Counted from the first letter of the stretch, positions 53,901-62,406 are shown. The stretch is DNA of 64,000 bases from Octopus sinensis (GCF_006345805.1 NC_042997.1:138384001-138448000); one strand, 5' to 3'. Notes: generated from the letters alone by a model not told the origin. Program-made: numbers and translations.

Positions 53901-56900
53901 TTAAGATTGTATTATTTTATAACTGGCACCAAATTTAACAGAGAAAATTAAAACTGACAGATTTATAAAATTTGGTTCTTGAATGAATTTCACAGACTCC
54001 TTCAATCTATTTGTTTATTTTTTTTGTATGATCTTAATATTCCATGTTTTTTATGTGTACCATTTTGAAATTGTTAGAGTGCATACTCCTCTTCACACAC
54101 GCACACACACACATCTTGCATGTGTTTGCATTTCAATGGGGAAACTGAGTTTTAGAATTTTCAAATAAAGATTACTCTTTTTATTATTGAGATGATTCTG
54201 TAAGGAGGTCAAATGTCTAGATTCTCAATGTTAATTATTAATATTTCAGTGATTTATACCTACGCAACAACTTTGTTTAAAATATATATGTTATTTATAT
54301 ACGGGCAAGGAATATTAATTTATATCTAGTTTTATATAGTGTTCATTGAAATATGTACTTTAGATTTGATATTCATTTGTAAACACTACTTATGTTTCTA
54401 TGTGTAAAATATTTTATAAAAAGGGTTGCCTTGCTATTTCAATTTTAATTTTACTTTTGCCTCTATTTATTTGTGCATTTCCAGTCTACAATACTTGAGT
54501 GTGTGCTCATATGTAAACATATACTTGGATGCAACAACAACATATATAAACAAACTTATATTTGTTTTTTTAGAAGCATCGAATGTGTATCATATTATTC
54601 AAACGAGAAAGTAATATTTTCAATGCAGTATTGATGTAAAAACAGAAAAATTGGGTATTACTACCCTTGTAAGATGGAAAAAAGTTGTCAACAAACAACC
54701 ATGGGCTGAGAATATAAAACATTCCTGTGGCTTGTTTGTTGGCCACTTTTTCCCATCTTACAATACCCAATTTTTCTGCTGTTTTCATTGGAGATACTGT
54801 GTTTGAAATATTACTTTCTTGTCTGTATAATACGATATACTTGAATGTATTTATTAAATGACACAAACATAGAGCACTTACATTCAAAACTCTGTGTTTC
54901 TCGAAAACGATTTATTTTCTATCAGTCTTCAGCTGCTGCAATCATTATTAATAAGCCATCAGTGTAACAAATAAATCAATGTCGAGAAACTCAGAGTCCT
55001 GAATGTAAAGCACTCTTGATTGCATCATTTAATAAATTCAACCCTCTGTTTCCAATGATACTGAGGTCTTTTGTTATCAGATATATGGTTTGTTGATAAA
55101 CTTGAATACACACACCCACACACAGAAAAGCATGTTCATTGTTAGACTTTCTTTGCTTATGACTTTGTTGTTCTAGTTGGTTATAATAGATGTTATTTAC
55201 TGACTTTTTTTTTTTATCTTCTAATTTGAAAGATTTTATAATCATAAAGGATAAATTTGCTGTTATAATTTTCTAGAGAAGAAAATTAACATAGAGGGCA
55301 TCTAAGACTTCAACACATTCTGCAAATTCTTTTTCATCTCTTTCATTGTGAATGAATTTTCAAAATTCAATTGAGATTCGTGTTTCAGTCATATGAGAGA
55401 GAGAGAGAGAGTGAGAGTGAGTGTGTGTGTGTTTGTGCATGCTAATTGTGGTAACTGCAGTATGCCTGGATGAGAATATGAAATACTTTTATCAGTAAGA
55501 GGGACATTTAGCTAAGAACCAGTCCACTATCATGGATGTTCAGCAATTTGAGAAAATCAACATCAAATGATTTCCAAATTTTTCATGTTTTGTTCAGTGG
55601 AGCTCAGCGTGTTTATCTCGTATGCTTGTTTAGTTATTGTTGTTGTTTGAACCCAAGTCAAACTTGGTCAAGGAGATTTGTGATCATACGACCTCTTATG
55701 TATTTAAGACTCCATTGTCCAATAGCTTTTATCTTTTTCAGTCATTAGACTGTGGCCATGCTGGGACAATGCCTTGAAGAACTTTTAGTTGAATTGATCC
55801 TAGTACTTTTTGTTAAGCATGGTACTTATTCTATCAGTCTCTCTTGTCAAGTTGCTAGGTTATGAGGATGTAAACACACCAACATTAGTAAAGTGGTGGT
55901 GGAGGTACAAACACAGACACACACACACAATGAGCTTCTTTCAGTTTCCTTCTACCAAATTCATTCACAAGGCTTTGGTTAGCTCAAGGCTATAGTAGAA
56001 CACTCCCACAGTGGGACAGAACCTAGAACTATGTTGTTGGGAGGCAAGCTTTTTACCACATAGTCATGCTTTTTTTTTTTTAAAGACAATACAATAAGTA
56101 AGAATTTTAACTGCTGTTTCTAGTTGAGCAACCCCATGTAGGTTCCCCTCATTGGCTCAGTTGCTTATCAGTGTGTCAGTTATGTGACCAGAAATGTAAC
56201 TTAGTTGGTAGCAGAGATAGTGTTTATAATTTATGGAGATTTTTGTCAGGAGGAAGGTAGCATTAGGATGGATAAGTGGAATTATGAAGAAGTGGACATT
56301 TGCAATTGGCAAAATCTCAAAGCCAACAAAGAGCATTTGTTGCTTTTCTGAAGATGAAAATATTGAGTTTATTCTAGGATAGAAAAATGTGAAAAAGAAA
56401 CTAATTACAGGTGTCAGTTATAGAAATATGTACGACATGGCATGGCTGTGTGGCTAAGAAGTTTCCTTCCCAATCATGTGATCATGGGTTCAGTCCCATT
56501 GTGTAGCACCATGAGCAATTGTCTTCTGTTATATCCCCAGGCCAACCAAAGCCTTGAGTGGATTTGATTAATGGAAACTAAAAGCTCATTGTGTGTGTGT
56601 AAATAATGTGCATATGTCCCTCATCACTGCTTGACAACCAGTGTTGGTTTGTTTACCCCCCCCCCATAACTTAGCAGTTTGGCAAAAGAGACCAATACAA
56701 TAAGTACTAGGCTTAAAAAGTAGTCAAACAAATTTACTGGGGTAAATCTGTTTGATTAGAGCTTTCATGGTGATGCCCCAGCATGGCTGCAGTCCAATGA
56801 CTGCAACAAAGGATAATGGATAAGGGCTCTCTGGTCAGCTCTGTTTGACTTACAATGCAGAGGTAGCTGATTCAGCATTTGGATATGCTAAATTTTTGTT

Positions 56901-57555
56901 TGTTACAGGACCTTAACTATGCTTTGATAGTCAGAGTATGTTATGTTTATTTTACTATTGAATCTGCTTTTGAAAAGTCTAAGAATTTGGTAGAATCTGT
57001 TGTGTAGGAAGGAGATTGTAACAAGCACAGATAAGTTTGTAAAATTTCGTGTAGTGTTTCCGGCTCCTATCTGGAAAATGTTTGAGAAAGAAGTTTTACT
57101 GCTTTTAACCATTGTTTTAAAGCAATTTTCCATTGAAGTTATTTCTAAGCTGACAATGTGAGGTTTTCTGGGGAGTTAGGAGATACCTGGTTTTTATTAC
57201 CTGTAATGAATGAGACTATTAGTTAAACCAGTTCTGTGAAATGGAAGAGGTAGGTTATTTTCTCTTCTGAAATGTGTAAGTGTGTAATGTTTGTAATTTG
57301 TGTTAAATACTAAGAAAAACAACAGAAAACAAAATTATATTTATCATCTCTCTATTGGAATAACATTGAGAGATGATGTTATTTATACATACATAAACAG
57401 TTTGGCTGCTTGTTTCTCTAGGATTGGTCAAATTGATGTAGACACCTTTGGTGAGAATCCAATAAGGTTCGAAAATCAAGGCTGTTCACCATTTTTTTCA
57501 ATTAACAGAGAAACAGCTCAATTAGCTCTGTTTATATAGGTCACACACACAAATT

Positions 57556-57588
<33 letters not shown>

Positions 57589-60206
57589 TTACATATACAC
57601 ACACACGCATATATATATATACATACACATATATACACACACACATGCATATATATACACACACATGCATATATATATATATATACACACACGCACATGC
57701 ATATATATATATATATATACATACATACATATACATACACACACATGCATATATATATACATGTATATATATTTTTATATGTACATACAAAGAGATCATC
57801 ATTAATGTCCATGTTCCATGCTGGCATGGGTTGGATGGTTTGACAGGATTTGATGGGTCTAAGGACTGTATTGTGGGTCAAAGCTGACATTGGAACATGT
57901 ACGTTAAACGATGACGTTTATTTAATATATAGATACACATATAGGTATGATCTAGGGATATGAGCGTAGGATGTTAGTTAGCGTCAAGCAATATGCAGTT
58001 AGTATAGGGAACAAAAAGTGGACAGTATATGACAAAATAAAAATTTATTAAGATTGTAAGTTATACACTTTTACCCATATTGAAATTATGAAGAATTTTG
58101 ATAAGCTGTTTCCATACAACTCGCAGTTAGGAACTAATGCTATGAAAAATGTGAAGAAAAATTCAGGATTTATAAGGAGTGGAGTAGGTAGAATACAGGC
58201 TACATATGTTTCTTAACTAACTGAAGTTCATTATAAACAAACAATGAGTCTAATGATTCATTGTTTATTTCTTGCAGCAATGTAAATTTCAAATTGGTAT
58301 TTTTGGCCTGATTACTAACTACGCTCACGAGAGTTCCTTGTGTAAGATGTACATAGTGGACTTTAGCTAGTTAAGAAACATATGTTGTATATATTCTTCC
58401 TATTCTTCTTACAAATTTTGAATATACACACACACACACACATATTTCGTTTTTGGATTTGGTTTGCAAGATCCTTTATATGAGTTCGTGTGTTGAAGCA
58501 TATTCTGTTGTGTCTGGGGAGAGTCATTTTCTTTTTGTGCCTTATAATGTAACACACCCACCAGTAAAATTTCCACTTATTTCTTATTTTTTTTATTTTC
58601 TAAAATTATCGTTGTGTCTTGCAACCTTTTCAATAGTCTTGACTGTCCATTATTTACACTCTAAAACTATTGAAAAGGTTGCAAGACGCAACGAAAATTT
58701 CCCCAGACACAACAGTGTGTATATATATATATATAAGTTCAGCAAAATTTAGATTCAGATGAATATGGTACTTAAGTTAAAGGCACCAGAATTTGGTATG
58801 GTATTATCCATATAAATCAAATGGGATGATTATTATCAAAATAAGCAACAAGGATATCCAAGGTAGTGTAGTACAATCATTTCACGCTACTTCATTTTAT
58901 TAAACATTGTAAGTATTACATCAGTTTTAAATGTTTGTAATGTTGGCAAATGAAATAAGTATAAAAATGTACAGTGTCTTTTTAATTAAAAAAAAATTCT
59001 ATATGTGGCTGAAGATTGCTCTACATCTTAAAACTGATGTAATACTTACATTGTTTAATAAAATGAAGTAGCATGAAACGATTGTACTACACTACCTTGG
59101 ATATCCTTGTTGCTTATTTTGATTAATACACACAGCAATTAGATGCTTTTACAAGGTATATTGCCAGGAAACCATTTCACTTGGTACAGAAATGATTTCT
59201 GAAAAAAAAAGCCTAAGGAAGTCATTTACAAAAAATTAAGTGGAACTGAAGCAATTTCCAAGGGCAACCAAAGTCATTTTCAAAAATCAAATGGAGTAAA
59301 GTCTATATCATCTCAGAGTCTATTTTATTTGAAACCTTGATGTAGATTGATGTTATCATGATGCTAGCAAAATTCACTTATTGTAAAGTTTTAATATTTT
59401 TATAAATACGACTGCAAGATTTTTATGTAGAAAGATTCACTAGTCTTGATGGTACAAGTATTTTATGGTCTTTAGACAAAGGAATTGTTGTAGTTTGAGA
59501 CTTGTTAAATTATTGCTTGGAATTTCACTGACATTAAGTCAAAATTAATATCGAGTCAGAGCATATTTTTAGTTTGAGATGTTTCCACCAGGATATTCTT
59601 AAATTCTTAGCTTTTCTAGTTTTTCATCCCCATAGTGCATGTTAAATTTAGTTTCAATTGCACAACCACTCTTGCCTGCTTGATATCCCTTCTCTAAAGT
59701 ATCACTCCAACTGCAATATTCTTAATAAACTGAGATTGTTGGTTTACTTTGAATTTTTTTCCCTCCCACCCAAATTTAATTACCATGCTTTTTCTTTTTT
59801 GCTGTATTTTGGACCTGAAAAGAAACTCAAATCTTTTTATTTGTTTCAAGTTTATCAAAATGAATTTATACAACACACACCTTTTTAATTTCAGTCTGAA
59901 AAAATATTTTTAGTTTAATAAAAAATAACAGTTTTTTAAAAATAAACATGACATATATACTGCTGTTGTTCTAGATTATATAAATACATATTATACATAC
60001 ACACTTGTTTTTGTTTCCCTCATATATTTTAATTCAATTTTGATTTAATAATGTATATATAAAAAAAAAAAAATTAACTTTTTATGTTTTTGTTTCTATT
60101 TTTAGTTCCTGCATTGATACCATCTCGTAGTGTGTCAACTTGCAGTGATTTTAGCCTTGCAAGCACCAGGAGTCCTACCACTGAGGAAGATGCGGTTGAA
60201 TGTTAG
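5604..60206 (+). CDS. NDRG: NDRG-family protein (NDRG3/MESK2-like), 5'-partial, 10 coding exons: 5604-5724, 20088-20150, 27882-27942, 29891-29977, 30603-30680, 32190-32290, 32386-32451, 34752-34851, 35516-35603, 60106-60206
   Basis: Exons join in phase with AG/GT boundaries: [288 protein letters not shown]. Diagnostic NDRG motifs: APGQx[11 protein letters not shown], GxGxGANIL, DCGG.P.EEQPAK. Confidence 0.97.
11176..11470 (-). mobile_element. Tc1/mariner 3' remnant
   Basis: TACAGGGTG terminus; minus strand [27 protein letters not shown] resembles a transposase C-terminus. Confidence 0.6.
11483..11908 (+). mobile_element. Two head-to-tail SINEs delimited by three copies of acactgct
   Basis: acactgct at 11475, 11692 and 11909; the first two extend to caatattt(t/c)acactgct. 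Confidence 0.8.
11972..12640 (-). mobile_element. Possible decayed L1/Tx1-type LINE 3' end
   Basis: Stop-riddled, Lys-rich protein-like frames on the minus strand (e.g. [10 protein letters not shown]...[10 protein letters not shown]) followed by an A-rich tail; family not firmly recognised. Confidence 0.3.
12665..13960 (+). mobile_element. Decayed CR1/Jockey-group LINE reverse transcriptase
   Basis: [20 protein letters not shown]|(MITE)|..[27 protein letters not shown] motifs with stops and frameshifts. Confidence 0.75.
12891..13108. mobile_element. piggyBac-type MITE (family B) inserted in the LINE RT GVPQG motif
   Basis: TTAA duplication (12887-12890, 13109-13112); TIR cccattagcattt / aatgctaaaggg; copies at 31742-31927 and 50041-50258. 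Confidence 0.85.
15918..16077. repeat. Perfect 69-bp inverted repeat with a 22-nt loop
   Basis: 15918-15986 is the exact reverse complement of 16009-16077. Confidence 0.95.
20088..20150 (+). CDS. NDRG: NDRG coding exon (63 nt)
   Basis: tttctag|C TAT TCT TAT CCT ACC ATG...TAC AA|gtaagt; [20 protein letters not shown]. Confidence 0.96.
21231..21448. mobile_element. piggyBac-type MITE (family A)
   Basis: ttaa|cccttttgttacc...gcaccaaaaggg|ttta. Confidence 0.7.
21500..21900 (+). mobile_element. Possible decayed LINE AP-endonuclease fragment
   Basis: [16 protein letters not shown] resembles the GDFNxH endonuclease motif; otherwise degraded. Confidence 0.35.
21975..22190. repeat. (TTTC)n/(TC)n polypyrimidine tract
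   Basis: Direct observation; source of the K/R/E- and F/L/S-rich spurious ORFs. Confidence 0.95.
22209..23339 (+). mobile_element. Mariner transposon, both TIRs present, transposase inactivated
   Basis: TA on both sides; TIRs TTGGATCACCCCATAAATAATGTG and TTGGGTCATCCCATAAATAATGTG (rc); ATG at 22352, [45 protein letters not shown] (second catalytic Asp changed to Val), [10 protein letters not shown]; stops, frameshifts, internal deletions. Confidence 0.95.
23490..24580 (+). mobile_element. Cluster of about six co-oriented SINE copies and fragments with (TTA)n spacers
   Basis: Repeated ggcagaa..gttagca...ctgagttcaaa...ttcatcctt...aagtaccag units plus one gaagggca...catggaaaa tail unit. Confidence 0.85.
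25090..25400. repeat. (TG)n/(TA)n compound microsatellite
   Basis: Direct observation. Confidence 0.95.
25494..25526 (+). ncRNA. Minimal type-I hammerhead-like motif within a PLE-type terminal repeat (about 25430-25630)
   Basis: uuu-CUGACGA-A-[GAGC ucu GCUU]-GAAAC-GU-U-aaa; palindromic AACGUU in place of helix III; 3-bp helix I (UUU/AAA). Confidence 0.5.
27716..27833. repeat. Inverted repeat of about 25 bp unique sequence enclosing (TA)n
   Basis: tttttttatatatctattttactatat versus atatagtaaaatagatataaaaaaaaa; one 2-nt indel. Confidence 0.85.
27882..27942 (+). CDS. NDRG: NDRG coding exon (61 nt), degenerate nucleophile elbow
   Basis: tttcag|C TTA AGA...TAC AGT|gtaagt; [20 protein letters not shown]. 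Confidence 0.96.
28030..29215 (-). mobile_element. Helitron RepHel fragment (Rep C-terminal part and post-Rep region)
   Basis: ORF 28517-29272: [52 protein letters not shown] (YxxKYxxK), [29 protein letters not shown]; continues after frameshifts ([10 protein letters not shown]-like segment, [12 protein letters not shown]). Confidence 0.95.
29216..29406 (-). mobile_element. Helitron Pif1-like helicase internal fragment
   Basis: [15 protein letters not shown]...[17 protein letters not shown] resembles the FA..LL.IG.G...L...VFP segment of Helitron helicases. Confidence 0.75.
29432..29687. mobile_element. Inverted pair of PLE-type termini with degenerate hammerhead cores
   Basis: aaattagaatgacaaaag...cagcttcatcagagtt versus aactttgatgaagctg...ctttgtcattttaattt; cores CUGAUGA-A-GCU...AGC-A-GAAAU (minus) and UUGAUGA-A-GCU...AGC-A-GAAAC-GGCU-GU-G (plus). 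Confidence 0.65.
29891..29977 (+). CDS. NDRG: NDRG coding exon (87 nt)
   Basis: ttccag|TTG TGT CAC...CAA AAA|gtaagt; [29 protein letters not shown]. Confidence 0.96.
30603..30680 (+). CDS. NDRG: NDRG coding exon (78 nt)
   Basis: ttatag|ATG AAC ATG TGG...GGA AAG|gtatgt; [26 protein letters not shown]. Confidence 0.94.
31742..31927. mobile_element. piggyBac-type MITE (family B)
   Basis: ttaa|ccctttagcattt...aatgctaaaagg|ttaa. Confidence 0.85.
32190..32290 (+). CDS. NDRG: NDRG coding exon (101 nt)
   Basis: cctag|AAA ACT CGA TGG...CTG AG|gtagat; [33 protein letters not shown]. Confidence 0.95.
32386..32451 (+). CDS. NDRG: NDRG coding exon (66 nt)
   Basis: tttcag|A CGA ACT GAT...GTA AA|gtaagt; [21 protein letters not shown]; preceded by a 95-nt intron. 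Confidence 0.95.
34752..34851 (+). CDS. NDRG: NDRG coding exon (100 nt)
   Basis: tttcag|A TGC CGC ACT...GTT AAG|gtattt; [33 protein letters not shown]. Confidence 0.96.
35516..35603 (+). CDS. NDRG: NDRG coding exon (88 nt)
   Basis: ttttag|ATT GCT GAT TGT GGT GGT...TAC A|gtaagt; [29 protein letters not shown]. Confidence 0.96.
36245..36870 (+). repeat. Local direct duplication (about 200 bp, period about 420 bp) of a SINE-tail unit plus flanking microsatellite
   Basis: Both copies share private variants (catcag.ttaccagccctggtcaaa, gatctatgccag.atggacaacagatgcta) and the downstream caccaacatacat. Confidence 0.8.
38740..39825 (+). mobile_element. Decayed CR1-type LINE RT, same family as 478-996, split by a SINE
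   Basis: [13 protein letters not shown]...[32 protein letters not shown]. Confidence 0.85.
38963..39292 (+). mobile_element. tRNA-derived SINE with a 13-bp TSD, inserted at the YADD motif
   Basis: atgatgtaaaagt at 38950-38962 and 39293-39305; A box tggctttgtgg, B box gagtttgattc. Confidence 0.85.
39826..40620. repeat. (TA/TATG)n compound satellite with a 26-bp higher-order unit, interrupted by a SINE-tail unit (40262-40405)
   Basis: Unit TATATATGTATGTATGTATATGTATG repeated about 6 times at about 39860-40030; source of the Y/I/H/T-rich spurious ORFs including the 293-aa one. Confidence 0.9.
40629..41379 (+). mobile_element. Mariner-derived MITE containing a nested SINE
   Basis: TIRs gggggtgctgaaaagttcctg / ccaggaacttttcagcaccccc; internal [11 protein letters not shown] resembles the mariner C-terminus. 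Confidence 0.85.
40808..41330 (+). mobile_element. Full-length tRNA-derived SINE with a 14-bp TSD
   Basis: actgtattttcttt (40794) / actgtatattcttt (41331); A box tggcctggtgg; shares its central domain with the SINE at 38963 but has a different 3' part. Confidence 0.85.
41860..42200 (-). mobile_element. Tc1/mariner transposase 3' remnant
   Basis: Minus strand ..[49 protein letters not shown], assembled across frameshifts. Confidence 0.65.
44695..45590 (+). mobile_element. Cluster of four co-oriented SINEs
   Basis: Four repeats of the ggcagaatc...gagttcaaattc...catcctt...ggccttgtg unit with TTA-rich spacers. Confidence 0.85.
46132..46406. mobile_element. hAT-type MITE
   Basis: TIRs CAGTGGTTCCCAAA / TTTGGGAACCAATG; 8-bp TSD tgttatgt / tgtgatgt (7 of 8). 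Confidence 0.85.
47213..47570 (+). mobile_element. Near full-length CORE-like tRNA SINE (about a dozen copies or fragments in the window)
   Basis: gcgtggctgtgtggtaagaag (A box), ggttccaagttcagtcc (B box), ccaaagccttgtgagtggatttgg block, tail gtgccccag.atggc.g.a.tctaatgactgaaac. Confidence 0.8.
47618..48376 (-). mobile_element. Non-autonomous Helitron
   Basis: Minus strand starts A|TCtatatataaacggcagtttgtctgtctgtg and ends gctgCTAG|T: TC...CTAG termini, insertion between A and T, no TSD. Confidence 0.8.
48500..48810 (-). mobile_element. Tc1/mariner (DD37D/maT-like) transposase 3' remnant
   Basis: Minus strand [30 protein letters not shown]...HPNLDHFK. Confidence 0.65.
48811..49480 (+). mobile_element. 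Cluster of co-oriented SINEs
   Basis: Duplicated head ggtggtgagctggcagaatt followed by three SINE bodies. Confidence 0.8.
50041..50258. mobile_element. piggyBac-type MITE (family B) nested in another repeat
   Basis: ttaa|ccctttagcattt...aatgttaaagga|ttaa; the flanks rejoin as gtgtgatttaagggaggtttggctgctatttctagc, a repeat also seen at about 6080, 42280 and 45920. Confidence 0.85.
51516..51780 (+). mobile_element. tRNA-derived SINE
   Basis: ggaggtacaTGGTCTAGTGGttagg...GGTTCGATTCtc. Confidence 0.75.
54871..55016. repeat. Small imperfect inverted repeat (about 35-bp arms), MITE-like
   Basis: agagcacttacattcaaaactctgtgtttctcga versus tcgagaaactcagagtcctgaatgtaaagcactct. Confidence 0.65.
55735..56069 (-). 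mobile_element. CORE-like SINE, antisense copy
   Basis: Reverse complement of the 47213/56439 family. Confidence 0.8.
56439..56810 (+). mobile_element. CORE-like SINE, sense copy
   Basis: ggcatggctgtgtggctaagaag...gtgatgccccagcatggctgcagtccaatgactg. Confidence 0.8.
58835..59123. repeat. 96-bp inverted repeat (3 mismatches, 97-nt spacer) from a PLE-type terminus
   Basis: 58835-58930 is the reverse complement of 59028-59123 except at three positions. Confidence 0.92.
59004..59091 (+). ncRNA. Type-I hammerhead-like motif
   Basis: UGUGG-CUGAAGA-[uUGcuCUAC...GUAGCAu]-GAAAC-GAUU-GU-A-CUACA: 5-bp helix I (UGUGG/CUACA), GUA triplet, bulged helix II closed by a U-U mismatch. Confidence 0.45.
60106..60206 (+). 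CDS. NDRG: NDRG terminal coding exon (101 nt including TAG)
   Basis: Long polypyrimidine tract, tttttag|TT CCT GCA...GAA TGT TAG; phase 1 matches the previous donor; Ser/Thr-rich tail ending in Cys, as in vertebrate NDRGs (EVSC). Confidence 0.88.
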
Positions 60207-62400
60207 AGAAGTCTTATATATTCATTGAACTGGCTTTAAATCTCCCTGCCAGGCAACTCAAATAACCCACTTGAAATAACTGTTCATATAACTATGATGC
60301 AAACTAACAAACTTCTTCCCTACTCCTTCCCCACCCTATCTTATTTTTTGCAGCTCAGACTATCACCTGTGAGCAAAAGTAGTTTTTCTTTCCTTTCCCC
60401 CACTCTTGTTAGGCTTTTTATACTTTTGATTACTTTCATTTTCAGAAAGCTCACTTTATATATTATTGCTATGGTTTATAAATTACCATGTTTAAATACC
60501 ATATTTTCTAAGTCACCAGCCATTTCATTTTGCTGATTTTTTTTTCTGTTGTTTAATCTAATTAGCAATTCCCTATAACTATTTTGATACTTTCTGAAAA
60601 AAAATTATAAAAAAATATTTTTTTTTTTTTTTAAATAAAGGAATTGCATTTGAATGTCTGCATCACTTCATCCTTTTTAGCAGCCATCAAGGTTGACTAA
60701 TTGAAGCTTTCTTTTTGGTCCATACTTGCTCTCTTATCCATTTATTCTTTTTTTTCCGCACCATTTCTCACAAAGATGACAAACTACGTGCTTTTGCTTT
60801 CCTTCAAAGAGTTAAGTGAAATTGCAGTATCCAAGTAGTTGTATGTCTAGAACAGAACCACTTACTCCATAACATTCTACTAAAGCTGAAGATATGTAGT
60901 TAGAATATGAAATCTGATACTGCATTTTGCTCTAAGCGTTCCCTTTTTGTCATCTTCAGCATTCCAAACATTTGTGAGTATATCCAGTCCCTACACTGCC
61001 GGTCCTCTAAATTTTCTCTTGTGGCTCATTAAATTAGTCACAAGTCATCGAAATATAAGCAATATCCTATGCAAGACACTCGATGTGGGTCTTCCTTCGC
61101 GACAATAAGCAGCATACTTTATTCACATCACATAAAAAGATATGAACAATGAAAAAATGGATATTGCTGAGGGGTCAGTTATGATTGGAAGATGGGTAGA
61201 CAATCGGTAAATGCTGCAATCATTAACTTGTATGTTATTAGGACTCAAACATATTAAATGAAATCTATGTAAAACGGGACAAATAATTCCCCCACTTTGT
61301 AATCTCTCCTTTGCTTATTAGTGTACTTGAGCAATGTAATTGATACTGCTGTTGCCATCTCCAGAAACATAAGAACTCTTGTATATGAGCTAGAAGTGGA
61401 TTCCCCCTAAGTATCTAGCCAGCTGCTGTAGATGGTACTAAAGTATCTGGTTTACAATTTTCCTCATATCATGCAATTGTTCTATTCTGTTTGTATTATA
61501 AGAAAGGTTTGGAGTTGGTAGAGATTAGTATTAGTTAATAGGTTTTGATAGAGAGTGCATTTGAACTAGTCTGCTCTAATTCCTGTATTGCTTTAAGTGG
61601 ATGCAGAGCTTCAGTAGCTGCCCTAGTAGATTTGATCTTGTCATTCTAGTAAGAAACGATATTTTATTTTTATGGCAGAAGTTAAGACTAGATATGTTGA
61701 GAGACAATTGGACTGGGCTTGACAAGAGTTTCTCGCTGAACCTCTTTTGAAGGAGATTGTGCTTAGCTTCTAATACTGGCTGATAAATTCTTTTTTTTTT
61801 TAAAACCACTTTTGATCTGTTACTGCTGTTCTTTGAGCAGCCATTCTGATACCATCCAATGAAAGTTGCTGTACTGCTAAAAAGTATTGGACATTTAGAT
61901 TCCTTGTTTAGCTAGTGCCACAACTATAAAAAGTTTTGGTCAAAATCCAACTTACCTTCTAGTAAAGGTGAGCAGTATGAAAGATTTTCCACCCTCCTCC
62001 TTTGCCTATCAAAAGCTTCAACTGGATAGGAAAGTGGATATGGGTTTACTTACTAATCACCACCTAGAATGTTTTCAGTAACAATACATTCCATTTCTTG
62101 CTTAAAAACCAAATTATCTGTTCTTAATAATGATCCATGCCTTGTTTTCCATATCCCATCAGCTAGACTGTAGTTATTCAACTATTATCTAGACTCCTGT
62201 ATATATATATATCTATATTGGTTTGTTATTTGTTTGTTAGTTTTTTTCCTGTTTTGTTTGGACAGAGCATCTCAGTATATAGATGCCCTTACGACTGCTC
62301 CTAGACAGTCTTTGTTTTTTACAGAAAGAATTTAAAAAGAATAACCATTCAATTGTATATACACTGTTCTAGCTCGCTGTTATTTTGTAATATATCTTCG

Positions 62401-62406
62401 AATAAA
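62401..62406 (+). terminator. Candidate polyadenylation signal of NDRG (3' UTR about 2.2 kb from 60207)
   Basis: AATAAA followed by a U/GU-rich tract (gagttgttttctttatttttgttg); other AATAAA hexamers exist nearby, so the choice is uncertain. Confidence 0.4.

Noticed and set aside
56903-57133. 76-aa minus-strand ORF faintly like a PLE RT-linker segment
   Set aside because: Similarity too weak to support without a search.
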